Shown: piece by piece, positions 31,796 through 41,726 of the stretch | Layout of the letters: the number at the start of each line of letters is the position of its first letter | Numbering within the stretch: position 1 is the stretch's first letter | Virus record (IMG/VR): IMGVR_UViG_3300035670_011224 | Span: 32,001 to 96,000 of that record | Strand: one strand, 5' to 3' | Length of the DNA: 64,000 bases | Origin: a virus | Made by a program: the position numbers and the translations under genes | Notes under the pieces: model-generated | What the model was told of the DNA's origin: nothing | Database searches by the model: none | The model's input: the letters and a program-made list of their open reading frames with translations, nothing else

Positions 31796-32187
31796 TACAT
31801 CCTCTCTCTTTCTGCTTTGATAAGCCAAGCTGAATTGCCTGTTAATAAAAAATTTAGATAAAATGAAAATGTGATAGAGTTTACAGATACAAATTTACTA
31901 GCTGGTCTTACAACATTATGTAGAAAACTGTAGCTTTGTTCTCTGTCTAATTTTGATATTGGATTAAATAATTGATTATTATTTGAAACTTTTATTTGAT
32001 AAAACGCATTATTGTCTTTATACAAGATTTTGGCCAATGTATTAGAATTCTCAGAAATAGTTCTGCCATAATTATTATCATCTATAAAATCAGCATACTC
32101 TTTTTGACAAAAATATTGATTTTGTAATATTTTTTTTGTATTTGTGTCTTGTTTAAAAATGAAATTTTCAGTTATATTTTGATCCAT
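31795..32187 (-). CDS. Hypothetical protein, paralog of 32885-33292
   Basis: Shared DxxDDxxYxR..AKI..IK..FNP..Y..FL.T.N..WL..A.R pattern. Confidence 0.6.
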   Translation of the reverse strand: MDQNITENFIFKQDTNTKKILQNQYFCQKEYADFIDDNNYGRTISENSNTLAKILYKDNNAFYQIKVSNNNQLFNPISKLDREQSYSFLHNVVRPASKFVSVNSITFSFYLNFLLTGNSAWLIKAERERM

Positions 32188-32536
32188 TGACTTCTGCTTT
32201 CTCTGCTGATGTTAGCATACAGTTTTCTAGGTAATTAAAAAATATTTTTACATATTCATTATGGTCGTTTCCAGATGGCACCGGTATAAAATAATTATTA
32301 GCATAAACGTTTCTGTGTTCTGGAAATTCGGAGCCTTCTATATTTTCCATAATATTTGCTGTCATATTTATGAATATTTCGTATTGAGCATTGGTTTGTT
32401 TTCTAATTTTATTTATATCGTCAAAAATATACTTATATTCTGATAGATTTACAGACTCTTCATCTGTTATTTGTTTTATTTGGTTTCTTAAAAAGTCTGC
32501 ATAGTCAGTACCAGATGGTAAGGGCTGATTATCCAT
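32168..32536 (-). CDS. Hypothetical protein
   Basis: 122-aa ORF in the operon. Confidence 0.5.
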   Translation of the reverse strand: MDNQPLPSGTDYADFLRNQIKQITDEESVNLSEYKYIFDDINKIRKQTNAQYEIFINMTANIMENIEGSEFPEHRNVYANNYFIPVPSGNDHNEYVKIFFNYLENCMLTSAEKAEVNGSKYN

Positions 32537-32539
32537 ATG

Positions 32540-32881
32540 TTAAGTCCATTTCGTTTTTGGTGGTTTTTTTATTCTATTCATACCTTTTGGTAAAACATTA
32601 TCATTTGTTGATTTATATGAATTATGTTTTGAATAAAGAGTTTGTTTTTGGTCATCGCTCAGTCTGTCTCTATTCCTATTAGCTAAATCCCCGATGGTTT
32701 TTAGTTCACTATCATGTTTTTTAATAGATCCTTGAATGCTTGATACATCATCAGCATAACTTCTTTCTGTTTGTTTACTATTACACAAACTACATTTTGG
32801 AGAAGCTATATAGTCTTTAATATAAAAAAATAGTTCAAATTTTTTGGAACAGGAGTTGCATATGTATGTGTAGGTCGGCAT
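32540..32881 (-). CDS. FmdB-family zinc-ribbon protein
   Basis: MPTYTYICNSC..FE...CSLC. Confidence 0.8.
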   Translation of the reverse strand: MPTYTYICNSCSKKFELFFYIKDYIASPKCSLCNSKQTERSYADDVSSIQGSIKKHDSELKTIGDLANRNRDRLSDDQKQTLYSKHNSYKSTNDNVLPKGMNRIKKPPKTKWT

Positions 32882-32884
32882 GAT

Positions 32885-33292
32885 TTATTTTAGGTCTCTT
32901 TGAGCATCTTTTAGCCAAGATAGATTTTTTGTCTTTAGAAAAGTTATGTATTTTTGAAATACTTGTGGGGTGACCTCTTTAAAATCCCATTCGCTTTTAC
33001 ATATGCTATTAATAAATGATAAAGAATTTTTTTCTTCTATAGAAGATAGAATTTTCTTAGGATTGAAAATTTTTGAATTTGGATCCAATTTAATGTAATA
33101 TCTACCATAAGATTTATCATTATCGGTAAAATGTTTTGGTTTTTTAGAAAATACTATTTTGGCAACAGCATTTGACATATTCTCGTTGTTTAATCTTGGA
33201 TATCCATCATCATCAAGATAGTCTTCGAGTCCTAATAAACAATAAAATTTATCTTCATTAGAAGTAGATCGATTTGTATTAAAAATAGCCAT
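32885..33292 (-). CDS. Hypothetical protein, paralog of 31795-32187
   Basis: Shares the motif pattern described for 31795-32187. Confidence 0.6.
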   Translation of the reverse strand: MAIFNTNRSTSNEDKFYCLLGLEDYLDDDGYPRLNNENMSNAVAKIVFSKKPKHFTDNDKSYGRYYIKLDPNSKIFNPKKILSSIEEKNSLSFINSICKSEWDFKEVTPQVFQKYITFLKTKNLSWLKDAQRDLK

Positions 33293-33866
33293 CTATATAT
33301 TTTATCCATTCTTTTTGATCTGAATCACTACTATATATAGTAGGAAGTTCTTTTGCTAGCGGCAAGTATCTTGGCTCATAAAATGGTTTTTTAGGAACAT
33401 TCAGTAATTTCATATTAGCTTGTTCGGGCGTTTTATTTGATTTTTTCCTATTACATTTAACACAAGCGGTTGCTATATTTAGCCAATTAGTAGCATCCTT
33501 TTTATTAGGATGAAATTGACTTTTTGGAATAACATGATCATAAGTTAATTCGTTATGATTAAATCTTAATCCACAATACTGACAAGTATGATCGTCTCTG
33601 ATAAATAGATTTTTTCTAGAAAATTTTAATGATCTATTATGAATGTTGAAATATTTTTGCGTTTTTGCCACTAATGGAACTTTAAATTGTTTATCATTAG
33701 TTCCTTGAATATATTTGTCTTTATAATATTCAATAATTTCTATCTTAAAAGTTGGATTATCCTCATATTTTATAGACCAAATAATAGCTTTTTGCCAACT
33801 AATAATTCTTAATGGTGAATAATCAGCATTTAATAATAAACACTTACTATTTTCTGCCTTGTTCAT
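33279..33866 (-). CDS. HNH endonuclease
   Basis: LLLNADY, RDDHTCQYCG, TYDHVIP, CVKCNRKK. Confidence 0.92.
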   Translation of the reverse strand: MNKAENSKCLLLNADYSPLRIISWQKAIIWSIKYEDNPTFKIEIIEYYKDKYIQGTNDKQFKVPLVAKTQKYFNIHNRSLKFSRKNLFIRDDHTCQYCGLRFNHNELTYDHVIPKSQFHPNKKDATNWLNIATACVKCNRKKSNKTPEQANMKLLNVPKKPFYEPRYLPLAKELPTIYSSDSDQKEWIKYIDGYF

Positions 33867-34584
33867 AATTATCTAGTTTTGCTAAAATTTTAGCTATAAT
33901 AGGATTACGAATGATATCATGATCAGTTAATGTAGCAATACCTATACCATCTACATCCGATAAATTTTTTATCATTTCATGAAAACCGCCCTGTAAATGT
34001 CTAGCAAGATCTGATTGCGAAACATCTCCAGTTAATACCATTTTACTGTTTTGACCAATTCTTGTCAATAGCATTTTTAGTTGTTCATAGGAAGCGTTTT
34101 GGCATTCGTCTGCTACTATAAAACAATCATGAAAATTTCTTCCTCTCATAAATCCCAAAGGAACAATTTCTATCTTATTATTTAATTTAAGAGTTGCGTT
34201 TAATGCTGGACCAATAAAATAATTTATCTCATCTTCTATAGGTAATAGATAAGGAAATAATTTTTCTTCATATTTGCCTGGAAGGTAACCTATTTTTTCT
34301 CCTGCTTCAACAACTGGTCTGGTTATTATGATTTTTTTGATTTTATCTTCTAATAAATGTTCTAAGGCTAAGCCAACAGCGCAATGAGTTTTGCCACTAC
34401 CGGCACTACCTTGACAAAAAGTAATAGTATTTTCTATGATAGATCGTATATATTCTTTTTGATTTTCTGTTCTTGGCTTTAATCTATTCCTAGATGATAG
34501 TCTTGTATTATCTTGATTAAGGGGCGAATTTGTGAGATCAATGATTTTTTCTTTTCTAGTGCTACCATTTTTTTTCTTTCTCAA
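33847..34584 (-). CDS. phoH: PhoH-family ATPase
   Basis: GSAGSGKT, TRPVVEAGE.IGYLPG, MRGRNF, DECQN, TGDVSQSD. Confidence 0.95.
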   Translation of the reverse strand: MRKKKNGSTRKEKIIDLTNSPLNQDNTRLSSRNRLKPRTENQKEYIRSIIENTITFCQGSAGSGKTHCAVGLALEHLLEDKIKKIIITRPVVEAGEKIGYLPGKYEEKLFPYLLPIEDEINYFIGPALNATLKLNNKIEIVPLGFMRGRNFHDCFIVADECQNASYEQLKMLLTRIGQNSKMVLTGDVSQSDLARHLQGGFHEMIKNLSDVDGIGIATLTDHDIIRNPIIAKILAKLDNYEQGRK

Positions 34585-34629
34585 GTTATGCCCTTTATAA
34601 TAAGTTATATATTAATAACGACATATTAA

Positions 34630-34638
34630 TATACACCA
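34630..34638 (-). promoter_or_regulatory. TGGTGTATA motif, putative phage-specific promoter
   Basis: Intergenic, upstream of phoH; the same motif recurs at 22296, 48027, 53348 and 55956. Confidence 0.55.
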
Positions 34639-34642
34639 TATA

Positions 34643-35008
34643 TCATATTACAAACGACTTAAGATCAGGAGCTTTCCATCCTTCTGGTTTTAGTACTTTG
34701 CCGTCTTCTCTCTTTTTTACTTTTCCTGTAACAGGATCCACTTTAGCAAAATTCGTTTTCATCACCTCGTCCCATGCTCCTTGGGCATTACTACCAGTGC
34801 TATTTATAGCACCTGCCGTAACCACAATAATATCTATTAAGGCATCTAGTATTTCTACTCTATCTATATTGTTGATAGCCTCCTGAAGCTCCGACACTTC
34901 TTCTTTTATAAGAGTGTGATACATATCAAATTGAGATTGATTCCACTCGCATACTGTTTGATCACAGGCTACCATAAACTTGGTTTGGTCTTCAAACACA
35001 TTACCCAT
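34643..35008 (-). CDS. MazG-like NTP pyrophosphohydrolase (PRA-PH family)
   Basis: LIKEEVSEL..A...EILDALID; KREDGKVLKPEGW. Confidence 0.88.
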   Translation of the reverse strand: MGNVFEDQTKFMVACDQTVCEWNQSQFDMYHTLIKEEVSELQEAINNIDRVEILDALIDIIVVTAGAINSTGSNAQGAWDEVMKTNFAKVDPVTGKVKKREDGKVLKPEGWKAPDLKSFVI

Positions 35009-35026
35009 AATTTAATATCCTTTATA

Positions 35027-36679
35027 TTAAGATTCACAGTTTGTACAAGCTAAAATATTACGTGCTAATTCTTGTGCTGGATTAGCACTTCGTTGATAAT
35101 AAAAGGTTTTGATTCCTAATTTCCATCCTTCTATGAGAAGATCGCTTACTTGTTTTGGCGGTATGTCTGGTCCAATCATTAAATTCAAAGATTGAGACTG
35201 ATCTATATGTTTCTGTCTTTGAGATGCTTGAATAATAATTTCTTTCTGACTAATTTCACCAAATGTTTTAAATACTTCTTTTTCATTATCAGATAAGAAC
35301 TTTAGATGTTGAACAGAGCCTCCTTTAACCAAGATACTCTTCCAAACTGTTTCATCGTTTTTATTATATTTTTTGAGAATTTCTTTTAGATGAGGGTTCT
35401 TATATGTGAATTTTCCTTTTGCTAAATTCTTAACAAAATAATTACTATTCAATGGTTCTATGCTAGGACTTACTTGCCCCAATATAAAACTACTACTAGT
35501 TGTAGGAGCAATGGCTAATGTTGTGACGTTTCTACGACCATATCCTTCGAGGATAGGAGCTTCTCCGAATTTTTCTGCTAATTCTCTTGATGCTTTGTCT
35601 GATCGTTCTCTAATAGTTTGCCATATATTAGCATTAATTAGTTTAGCTTGCATACTTTCAAAACTTATCATTTTGCTTTGAAGATACGAATGCCATCCCA
35701 ATACTCCCATGCCTAATGCTCTATGATTTAGAGCAAAGTTTCTGGCGCTCTTCATAAAACGAATATTTTCTGTTTTGTTTACAAACTCTTGATTAACACT
35801 GTCTAAGAAATATATAAGAGTTTCTATTGCATCTGTTTGTATTATTTCGTCCCAATGAAGCAGATTAAGAGAGCTTAGAACACAAACAAAACTATTATTT
35901 TCGTCTGATGCTAAACTAATTTCTGAACATAGATTACTACTATTTATTTTTATATTCTTGTCTTTATAAGCTTGTGGGGCGTTATTATTTACAGTATCAT
36001 AAAAGAATATGTATGGATATCCACTTTCAAATCGTTTTTGAATAATTTTAGCCCAAATTTTTCTTTTATGTTTGTCTCCTTCAACCATGCTATTCATCCA
36101 TTCATCAGTAATGGTAACGCCAATACTCATATTTTGAATAGGATGGCCTTCATTACGAATTTGTAAAAACTCTTCTATATCAGGATGTTCTACGGGTAAA
36201 TATGCTGCAAAACTTCCTCTTCGTGCTGATCCTTGACTAATCACATCTGCTACTTTATCAAACAACTCCATAAAGTGAACAGGGCCGCTACTTTCTCCAC
36301 CAACACTAATACTTGCGCCTCGTGATCTTAATTCACCAAAATAACCACTAGTGCCACCCCCTAATTTGCTCATCATACCAACTTCGGCCACTTTATAAAG
36401 AATACTATCCATCCTATCGCTAATGTGAGAATTAAAGCAACTAACTGGTAATCCTCGGGAGTTGCCGTAATTGGTCCAAACGGGAGTGGATAATGAGTAA
36501 TATCCTAAACTCATATAACGTTCAAATTTTTCTGCAAAACCCGGGATGTTTAATAGTCTCTCAGAGTTTTGCGATATGCTTTTTATTCTATCTTCTGGAG
36601 AAACGCCTTGTTCAAGGTATCCTCTTTCTAAGAATAAGCGACTATGCGAATTAAGCCAATAGTACGGTTGCGTTGTCAT
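35027..36679 (-). CDS. nrdA: Class I ribonucleotide reductase alpha subunit (short, no ATP cone)
   Basis: PVSCF, SNLCSEI, VCVLSS, IAPTTSSS, KTFYY, C-terminal CTNCES. Confidence 0.95.
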   Translation of the reverse strand: MTTQPYYWLNSHSRLFLERGYLEQGVSPEDRIKSISQNSERLLNIPGFAEKFERYMSLGYYSLSTPVWTNYGNSRGLPVSCFNSHISDRMDSILYKVAEVGMMSKLGGGTSGYFGELRSRGASISVGGESSGPVHFMELFDKVADVISQGSARRGSFAAYLPVEHPDIEEFLQIRNEGHPIQNMSIGVTITDEWMNSMVEGDKHKRKIWAKIIQKRFESGYPYIFFYDTVNNNAPQAYKDKNIKINSSNLCSEISLASDENNSFVCVLSSLNLLHWDEIIQTDAIETLIYFLDSVNQEFVNKTENIRFMKSARNFALNHRALGMGVLGWHSYLQSKMISFESMQAKLINANIWQTIRERSDKASRELAEKFGEAPILEGYGRRNVTTLAIAPTTSSSFILGQVSPSIEPLNSNYFVKNLAKGKFTYKNPHLKEILKKYNKNDETVWKSILVKGGSVQHLKFLSDNEKEVFKTFGEISQKEIIIQASQRQKHIDQSQSLNLMIGPDIPPKQVSDLLIEGWKLGIKTFYYQRSANPAQELARNILACTNCES

Positions 36680-36707
36680 TTAAAGTCCTATAAACCATTA
36701 ATAATGA

Positions 36708-37679
36708 TTAAAACAAAGCCTCTATATCAAACGATAGGGCTTTCTTAGAGTATTCTACGGGGCGAGAATGAAAGAAATCGGTCATATTGTTACCAAGAAT
36801 TTGTTCATCAAACCACAGTGTTTTTGATAACAATTTTTGATCAATATCGAATACCGGTTCGTATCCTATTTGATCTAATGATTCGTTTAGTCTGTTTTTA
36901 ATAAATTCTTTAAGAAGATCGGAGTTTAAGTTTTCTTCTGCATAGCCATTAACAATCCAGTCAATTATTTCACATTCGTATCTAACTGATTCTTTAGACT
37001 CGTGAATAATCTTATCTTCTAGTTCTTTATCGAACAGTTCTGGATATTCTTGTTTGATGGTATTGATTATTTTAATACCTATCATAGCATGAAGATTCTC
37101 TTCTCTGCTAGTATATTCAACTTGTTTATTTGTGTCTTTAAGCAAATTCAAGAATCTGCCAAAATAACTAATAGTATAAAATTGAGAAAATAATGCTATG
37201 TTCTCAACAAATAGAGTAAATAGAATAAGAGAATAAATAAATTGTTTCTTATTGTCTTGATGAAATTTGTGCAAATGCTTACGAAGGTAATTTACTCTGC
37301 CTTTAATAATATCTAATTCTAGAATTTTTTCAAAGTTATCATCTATACCCAAAACCTCCAAAAGTCTTTCGTAGGCATCTCCATGAATAACTTCCACATG
37401 AGCCATTGTGTAGCCTAAATCATTAAGAGAAGGATGAGGTAAATTATCACCAAGTTTGGCCCAAAATTTCTTTACACTAATTTCTAATTGACCAATGGTG
37501 GATAATGCTCTAATAATAATCTGTTTTTGTTGTTCTGTTAAATTTACTCTAAAATCTTGAACATCGCTACTAAAATTAAATTCGCGATGAGTCCAGAACC
37601 CATTATGCATAGCTTCTATAAAGTCTTGGGTCCAAGGATAATTGTCGGGTTTTCTGGAAATTTGTTCGTCGAATATCAT
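36708..37679 (-). CDS. nrdB: Class I ribonucleotide reductase beta subunit
   Basis: FWTHRE, EVIHGDAY, VENIALF, EENLH, DFF. Confidence 0.95.
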   Translation of the reverse strand: MIFDEQISRKPDNYPWTQDFIEAMHNGFWTHREFNFSSDVQDFRVNLTEQQKQIIIRALSTIGQLEISVKKFWAKLGDNLPHPSLNDLGYTMAHVEVIHGDAYERLLEVLGIDDNFEKILELDIIKGRVNYLRKHLHKFHQDNKKQFIYSLILFTLFVENIALFSQFYTISYFGRFLNLLKDTNKQVEYTSREENLHAMIGIKIINTIKQEYPELFDKELEDKIIHESKESVRYECEIIDWIVNGYAEENLNSDLLKEFIKNRLNESLDQIGYEPVFDIDQKLLSKTLWFDEQILGNNMTDFFHSRPVEYSKKALSFDIEALF

Positions 37680-37828
37680 AATGGTTTTCTTTCTTTTTTT
37701 ACTAAAATAGCAGCTAAACCTAATATTGTTAAAGTTGTAAATTCTTTGCCAATAGGATTAAAGTTTTCTACTAGATATAGTTGTACGAAGTATATGATAG
37801 ATAAAATATAAAATAGGGTAACCATCAT
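37676..37828 (-). CDS. Small membrane protein (50 aa, not in the ORF track)
   Basis: MMVTLFYILSIIYFVQLYLVENFNPIGKEFTTLTILGLAAILVKKERKPL; ATGA overlaps with both neighbours. Confidence 0.65.
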   Translation of the reverse strand: MMVTLFYILSIIYFVQLYLVENFNPIGKEFTTLTILGLAAILVKKERKPL

Positions 37829-38307
37829 ATTACACCATTCAATTGTCTCAGCCACTCAAGATTTGGATCTATATAAGAAATTTTCATACCGCTCATTTCA
37901 ACGAACATATCGAATCTATTTTTTGCATCATTATCAAATAAAATTGTGCCATGATCGTCTATCATATAAACTGTATCTATGCCCTCTTGGTGTAGAGCTA
38001 TTATGCAATCATTACAGCATTGACCAGTAACATAAGCTGTGCCACCATCCGGCCTAACAACACAATTAGCGAGAGCATTTTTTTCGCTGTGTACCATCCA
38101 ATGGTATTTTTCAGGTCTTGTTAGAGGCAATTGGCTATCATCCAACCCTTTGGGAAATCCATTGTATCCTACCCCGAGAATACGATTTTGTTTATCGGTT
38201 ATGACACATCCGTGCTGGGTATGAATATCGTGGCTTCTTTGAGAAACCACTTTGGCTAACCCAAGAAAATAATCGGTCCATGACGGTCTGTTTTTTGATT
38301 GTATCAT
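37825..38307 (-). CDS. dCMP deaminase
   Basis: GYNGFP, HSEKNA, QCCNDC. Confidence 0.92.
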   Translation of the reverse strand: MIQSKNRPSWTDYFLGLAKVVSQRSHDIHTQHGCVITDKQNRILGVGYNGFPKGLDDSQLPLTRPEKYHWMVHSEKNALANCVVRPDGGTAYVTGQCCNDCIIALHQEGIDTVYMIDDHGTILFDNDAKNRFDMFVEMSGMKISYIDPNLEWLRQLNGVI

Positions 38308-39263
38308 TCATGTATTATACTGTCATTCCTGATCGTGTCAACCCGTTTTTGTATGATCGTGGCTTTGTCAACAAACTCATATTTTTGAATAGGATTTGGT
38401 AGCATATGATGCCATTTGATTGTGAAATTTGATTCTGATTCATCTAATATGTGGCCATAAACATTAAGATCTTCTTGTAAATAACAGTCATTATTATATA
38501 GTTTTACCATATGAAAATAATTATTTGGAGCTTTAGTGTTTAAAATTTTTATACATTGTAGTTGAGGATAATAAAAATTAAGATGATTATATGGAATAAT
38601 ATAACCAAATATTCTTTCCAAAGAATGAGAATACGTTCCCAGCATTGATTCATTTACTTTTTTAGTCTCTTGAGATAATAATTTCTGAAGTAAATGGTTG
38701 TAGGGTAGAAAATGCTGTTTAAATAACTCTGTTTTGCTCATAAACATATTACCACCAAAAAAAGAATATTGATATATGTTAGAATATTGAATATTTAATA
38801 TGTCACACAAATATAAAATTTTTTGATTATGATATAGTTCATTATTGCTAGATAGTAAAAATTTATTACCAATAGCGCCACAGTTGCTATGATGTATTGT
38901 TTTATAGTTGTTATTAAAAATATCATTATCACCAAAAAAATCGTGTAATAAAATGTGTCTCCAAGCAATTTGATTGTATTGTCCTAATAAGCTTTTTTTA
39001 CTATGTAGTTTTATAAAATATGGTTCTTTAATTAATTCTAAAATATTGAGAAAAGGAGCAACATCTGCTCCATAATTATCACAAAATAAAATTGTTGTAT
39101 CAAAATTTTTTTCTGCATTTTTTATAATATGTTTTTGAGATCCGTTATCGTTATACAAACAGAGGTAGAGATGGATATGATCCTTAAAAGGAGATAATAT
39201 CTGTAAAAAATTGTTCCATAAATCTAAATAATACAAAGATAAACTAATAGCTAATTTATTCAT
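38304..39263 (-). CDS. RgpF (rhamnan synthesis F)-like protein
   Basis: NYGADVAPFL, KLHSKKS, FFGGNMF, HSLERIFG; likely start MNKLAISL at 39263. Confidence 0.78.
   Translation of the reverse strand: MNKLAISLSLYYLDLWNNFLQILSPFKDHIHLYLCLYNDNGSQKHIIKNAEKNFDTTILFCDNYGADVAPFLNILELIKEPYFIKLHSKKSLLGQYNQIAWRHILLHDFFGDNDIFNNNYKTIHHSNCGAIGNKFLLSSNNELYHNQKILYLCDILNIQYSNIYQYSFFGGNMFMSKTELFKQHFLPYNHLLQKLLSQETKKVNESMLGTYSHSLERIFGYIIPYNHLNFYYPQLQCIKILNTKAPNNYFHMVKLYNNDCYLQEDLNVYGHILDESESNFTIKWHHMLPNPIQKYEFVDKATIIQKRVDTIRNDSIIHE
38314..38341 (-). promoter_or_regulatory. Consensus sigma70-type promoter for the nucleotide-metabolism operon
   Basis: Minus strand TTGACA-16 nt-TATAAT, ending 7 nt before the ATG. 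Confidence 0.8.
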
Positions 39264-39948
39264 CTTGTATATTAGGATAAAAGTTTTGTAGCAAAAGAAT
39301 TTCAAATTGAAGTAAGGATTTAAGATTTTGTAAAACTTTTTTGGATATATTTGCGTTATAATTATTAGTATTTACTCTTGATTCTTCCAAAATAAGACCG
39401 AATGGATTGTTATGATTCAATTCTGTAATTGATTCATTCATATAATCTGATTTTATAATAAAATTATATTTTGATAATTCTTCTATAGCGATATTATATT
39501 TTGTTTCTATATCTAAGTTTAGATGGCCATATTTAAAATATGTTAAGTAATCTATGGTTATGTTACCGTATTCTTTAGTTTTTTCTTTTAGTATATTGTA
39601 TGAACAGTATTCTGGATTTAATTTATCAAAAAAATACATATGGCTAATAAATCTTAATATAGGATGTCTAATACTAATAATCCTGAATGTTGAAGAAATA
39701 TCTAAATTAAAAGTTTTTTCAAAAAAATATGCATAACTATGATCAGCAAATAATTTTGTGTCATTATGAATAATGGGTATATATTGGTTATCTTTTTGTA
39801 AACATATATTATTGTGTGTAAATTCTGATATATATATTGGGGTTTGTGAGAAATATGGGTTGGATAAACAAGCTTTATATAAGGATGTTTTAAAGCTACT
39901 TCCTCCACACTTTGGGATATGATTAAAAATTATTTTAGAAAATTTCAT
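39256..39948 (-). CDS. Sulfotransferase (Sulfotransfer_2-like)
   Basis: 5'-PSB FNHIPKCGGSS and 3'-PB RHPILRFIS. Confidence 0.8.
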   Translation of the reverse strand: MKFSKIIFNHIPKCGGSSFKTSLYKACLSNPYFSQTPIYISEFTHNNICLQKDNQYIPIIHNDTKLFADHSYAYFFEKTFNLDISSTFRIISIRHPILRFISHMYFFDKLNPEYCSYNILKEKTKEYGNITIDYLTYFKYGHLNLDIETKYNIAIEELSKYNFIIKSDYMNESITELNHNNPFGLILEESRVNTNNYNANISKKVLQNLKSLLQFEILLLQNFYPNIQDE

Positions 39949-40610
39949 AATAAATACCCCATAGCGTTTTCTATTTTTATATCTAAATTTGATTTTATAA
40001 TATCATATATTTCTTTTTTAATTTCATATTCTTGTTTTAAAAAATTATTTTTAATATCTGTATATGGTTCAATATTTAATTTACTAGATATTATGTCTTG
40101 AATTTGTGATATATTGTTGCACAAGTCTTCGTATCTTATAAAGATATAATTTTGTGCAATTTTTGGAAGTTTATAAAGTAAATAATTATATTTTATATTT
40201 CTCATTTCAAAAATATTTTTATATCTATCTAAAGTATATATATTTCTTTCAAAAATAATTTCTTTTTCTAAACAAAGATTTCCATTTTCTGTTTCATATG
40301 AATATATGGGGTTTAATAAAAAATCTGTAATATTATTTTCAGTTTTCATATGATATGGTTGTTTAAACATCGCGTGAATCCATTGAAATGGATCTCTAGT
40401 TATGCATATAAATAATGTGTTTTTCCCGCTAAGTATTATTTCTTTATTATGAAAACCAAAAAAATGTTTCCAGCCAAAAAAATATGTAACTGGTATATTA
40501 TAATAATCAATAATAAGAGATTCTAAAAATTTTGTTCCGCAGTGTCTTTCTGCATAAATAGTAAAATTATTTATTTGTGTATTCATATAATTTTTTATAT
40601 GCGTAATCAT
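39945..40610 (-). CDS. Sulfotransferase-like protein
   Basis: ERHCGTKFL, GWKH, RDPFQW, IRYEDL. Confidence 0.7.
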   Translation of the reverse strand: MITHIKNYMNTQINNFTIYAERHCGTKFLESLIIDYYNIPVTYFFGWKHFFGFHNKEIILSGKNTLFICITRDPFQWIHAMFKQPYHMKTENNITDFLLNPIYSYETENGNLCLEKEIIFERNIYTLDRYKNIFEMRNIKYNYLLYKLPKIAQNYIFIRYEDLCNNISQIQDIISSKLNIEPYTDIKNNFLKQEYEIKKEIYDIIKSNLDIKIENAMGYLL

Positions 40611-41367
40611 GCATTTCTTGACTATGATAATAATTATTTATTATTTTATCTTTTATTTTGTATGGTAAACCGTCTGCACACACACATTCTACATAATTAG
40701 AACATAAATTACTCATAGATTTTATCATATCTCTATTTATAAAATGTGGAAATCCACCCCAGTAACTTTTTATATCTGTATATAGTTCTTCATATTCCGG
40801 AGCTCTTGTAGATAAATACAATAAAATTTTATTAGTTTTTATGTTGTTAAATAATATCTTCATTTCATTTAAATAATTTATTCTATTTTGTATTTTAATA
40901 TTTTCAGCTAAATTTTTATCTTTTAATATTTCTTTATATATAGTTTCTGCCATTTGAAATATAGAGTCAGAATTTTTATATCTAACCTGACCTTGATTTT
41001 TTCCTAACTCAAGTAAATCATTGTATATAGATCTACCAGAAAATATCTCAATTATACAAAACTCTGCTTTATTTATAAAATCAAATATATGTTTATATTG
41101 ATTAAAATATGATGGACCAGCGCCAGAAACTCCTAAATTAAATCCATTTATACCAATAGTTTCTGATAACTGTTGAGTATATGGTCTTTGGCAATATCTA
41201 CCAAATGTTCCAGCGGCACCTATTGACACAAAATATTTTTTATTAATATCAATTGGTTTTGGTCCTCTAATGGCCCAATTTATTTTATCAAGCGTCCAAA
41301 CTTGGTAATCTATAATATCTTTATCTTCTAGTTGATATCCTATATTGTGATTAATTATATTATTCAT
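40567..41367 (-). CDS. SGNH-like / DUF6473-like protein
   Basis: IGAAGTFGRY..PY...NLGVSGAGP; C-terminal YYHSQEMH. Confidence 0.55.
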   Translation of the reverse strand: MNNIINHNIGYQLEDKDIIDYQVWTLDKINWAIRGPKPIDINKKYFVSIGAAGTFGRYCQRPYTQQLSETIGINGFNLGVSGAGPSYFNQYKHIFDFINKAEFCIIEIFSGRSIYNDLLELGKNQGQVRYKNSDSIFQMAETIYKEILKDKNLAENIKIQNRINYLNEMKILFNNIKTNKILLYLSTRAPEYEELYTDIKSYWGGFPHFINRDMIKSMSNLCSNYVECVCADGLPYKIKDKIINNYYHSQEMHDYAYKKLYEYTNK

Positions 41368-41382
41368 AGAATAAATTCTTTA

Positions 41383-41712
41383 TTATAGTAGATATTGATA
41401 AATATAATCACTATGTTGAAAACACAAGTCTACTGTTTTTTTACACCCGACATAAGGACCAACATTATTTTTTTCATAATATTTTATAATTTTTTTAAAT
41501 TTATCAGAAGTGTAATTTTTGATGTAATTTATAAGATTCTTATTTTTTTCTATCCAGTCGGGTCTATTGTAGAGTAAATTATCTGAAGAATCTACAAATA
41601 GAACTAATGTGTATTTATTAGCCCCATAGCATTGTTCCAATTTCCCTAACACTAATTGAAGTATTTCGAGTTTAACAAAACATTGTATTCCTATAACAAA
41701 ATTATTTTTCAT
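41383..41712 (-). pseudogene. Truncated GT-A glycosyltransferase
   Basis: GT-A N-terminus (..LVLFVD..NVG....KKTVDLCF.HSDYI) ends just before the expected EDD motif. Confidence 0.55.
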
Positions 41713-41726
41713 TGATTATAAACTTT

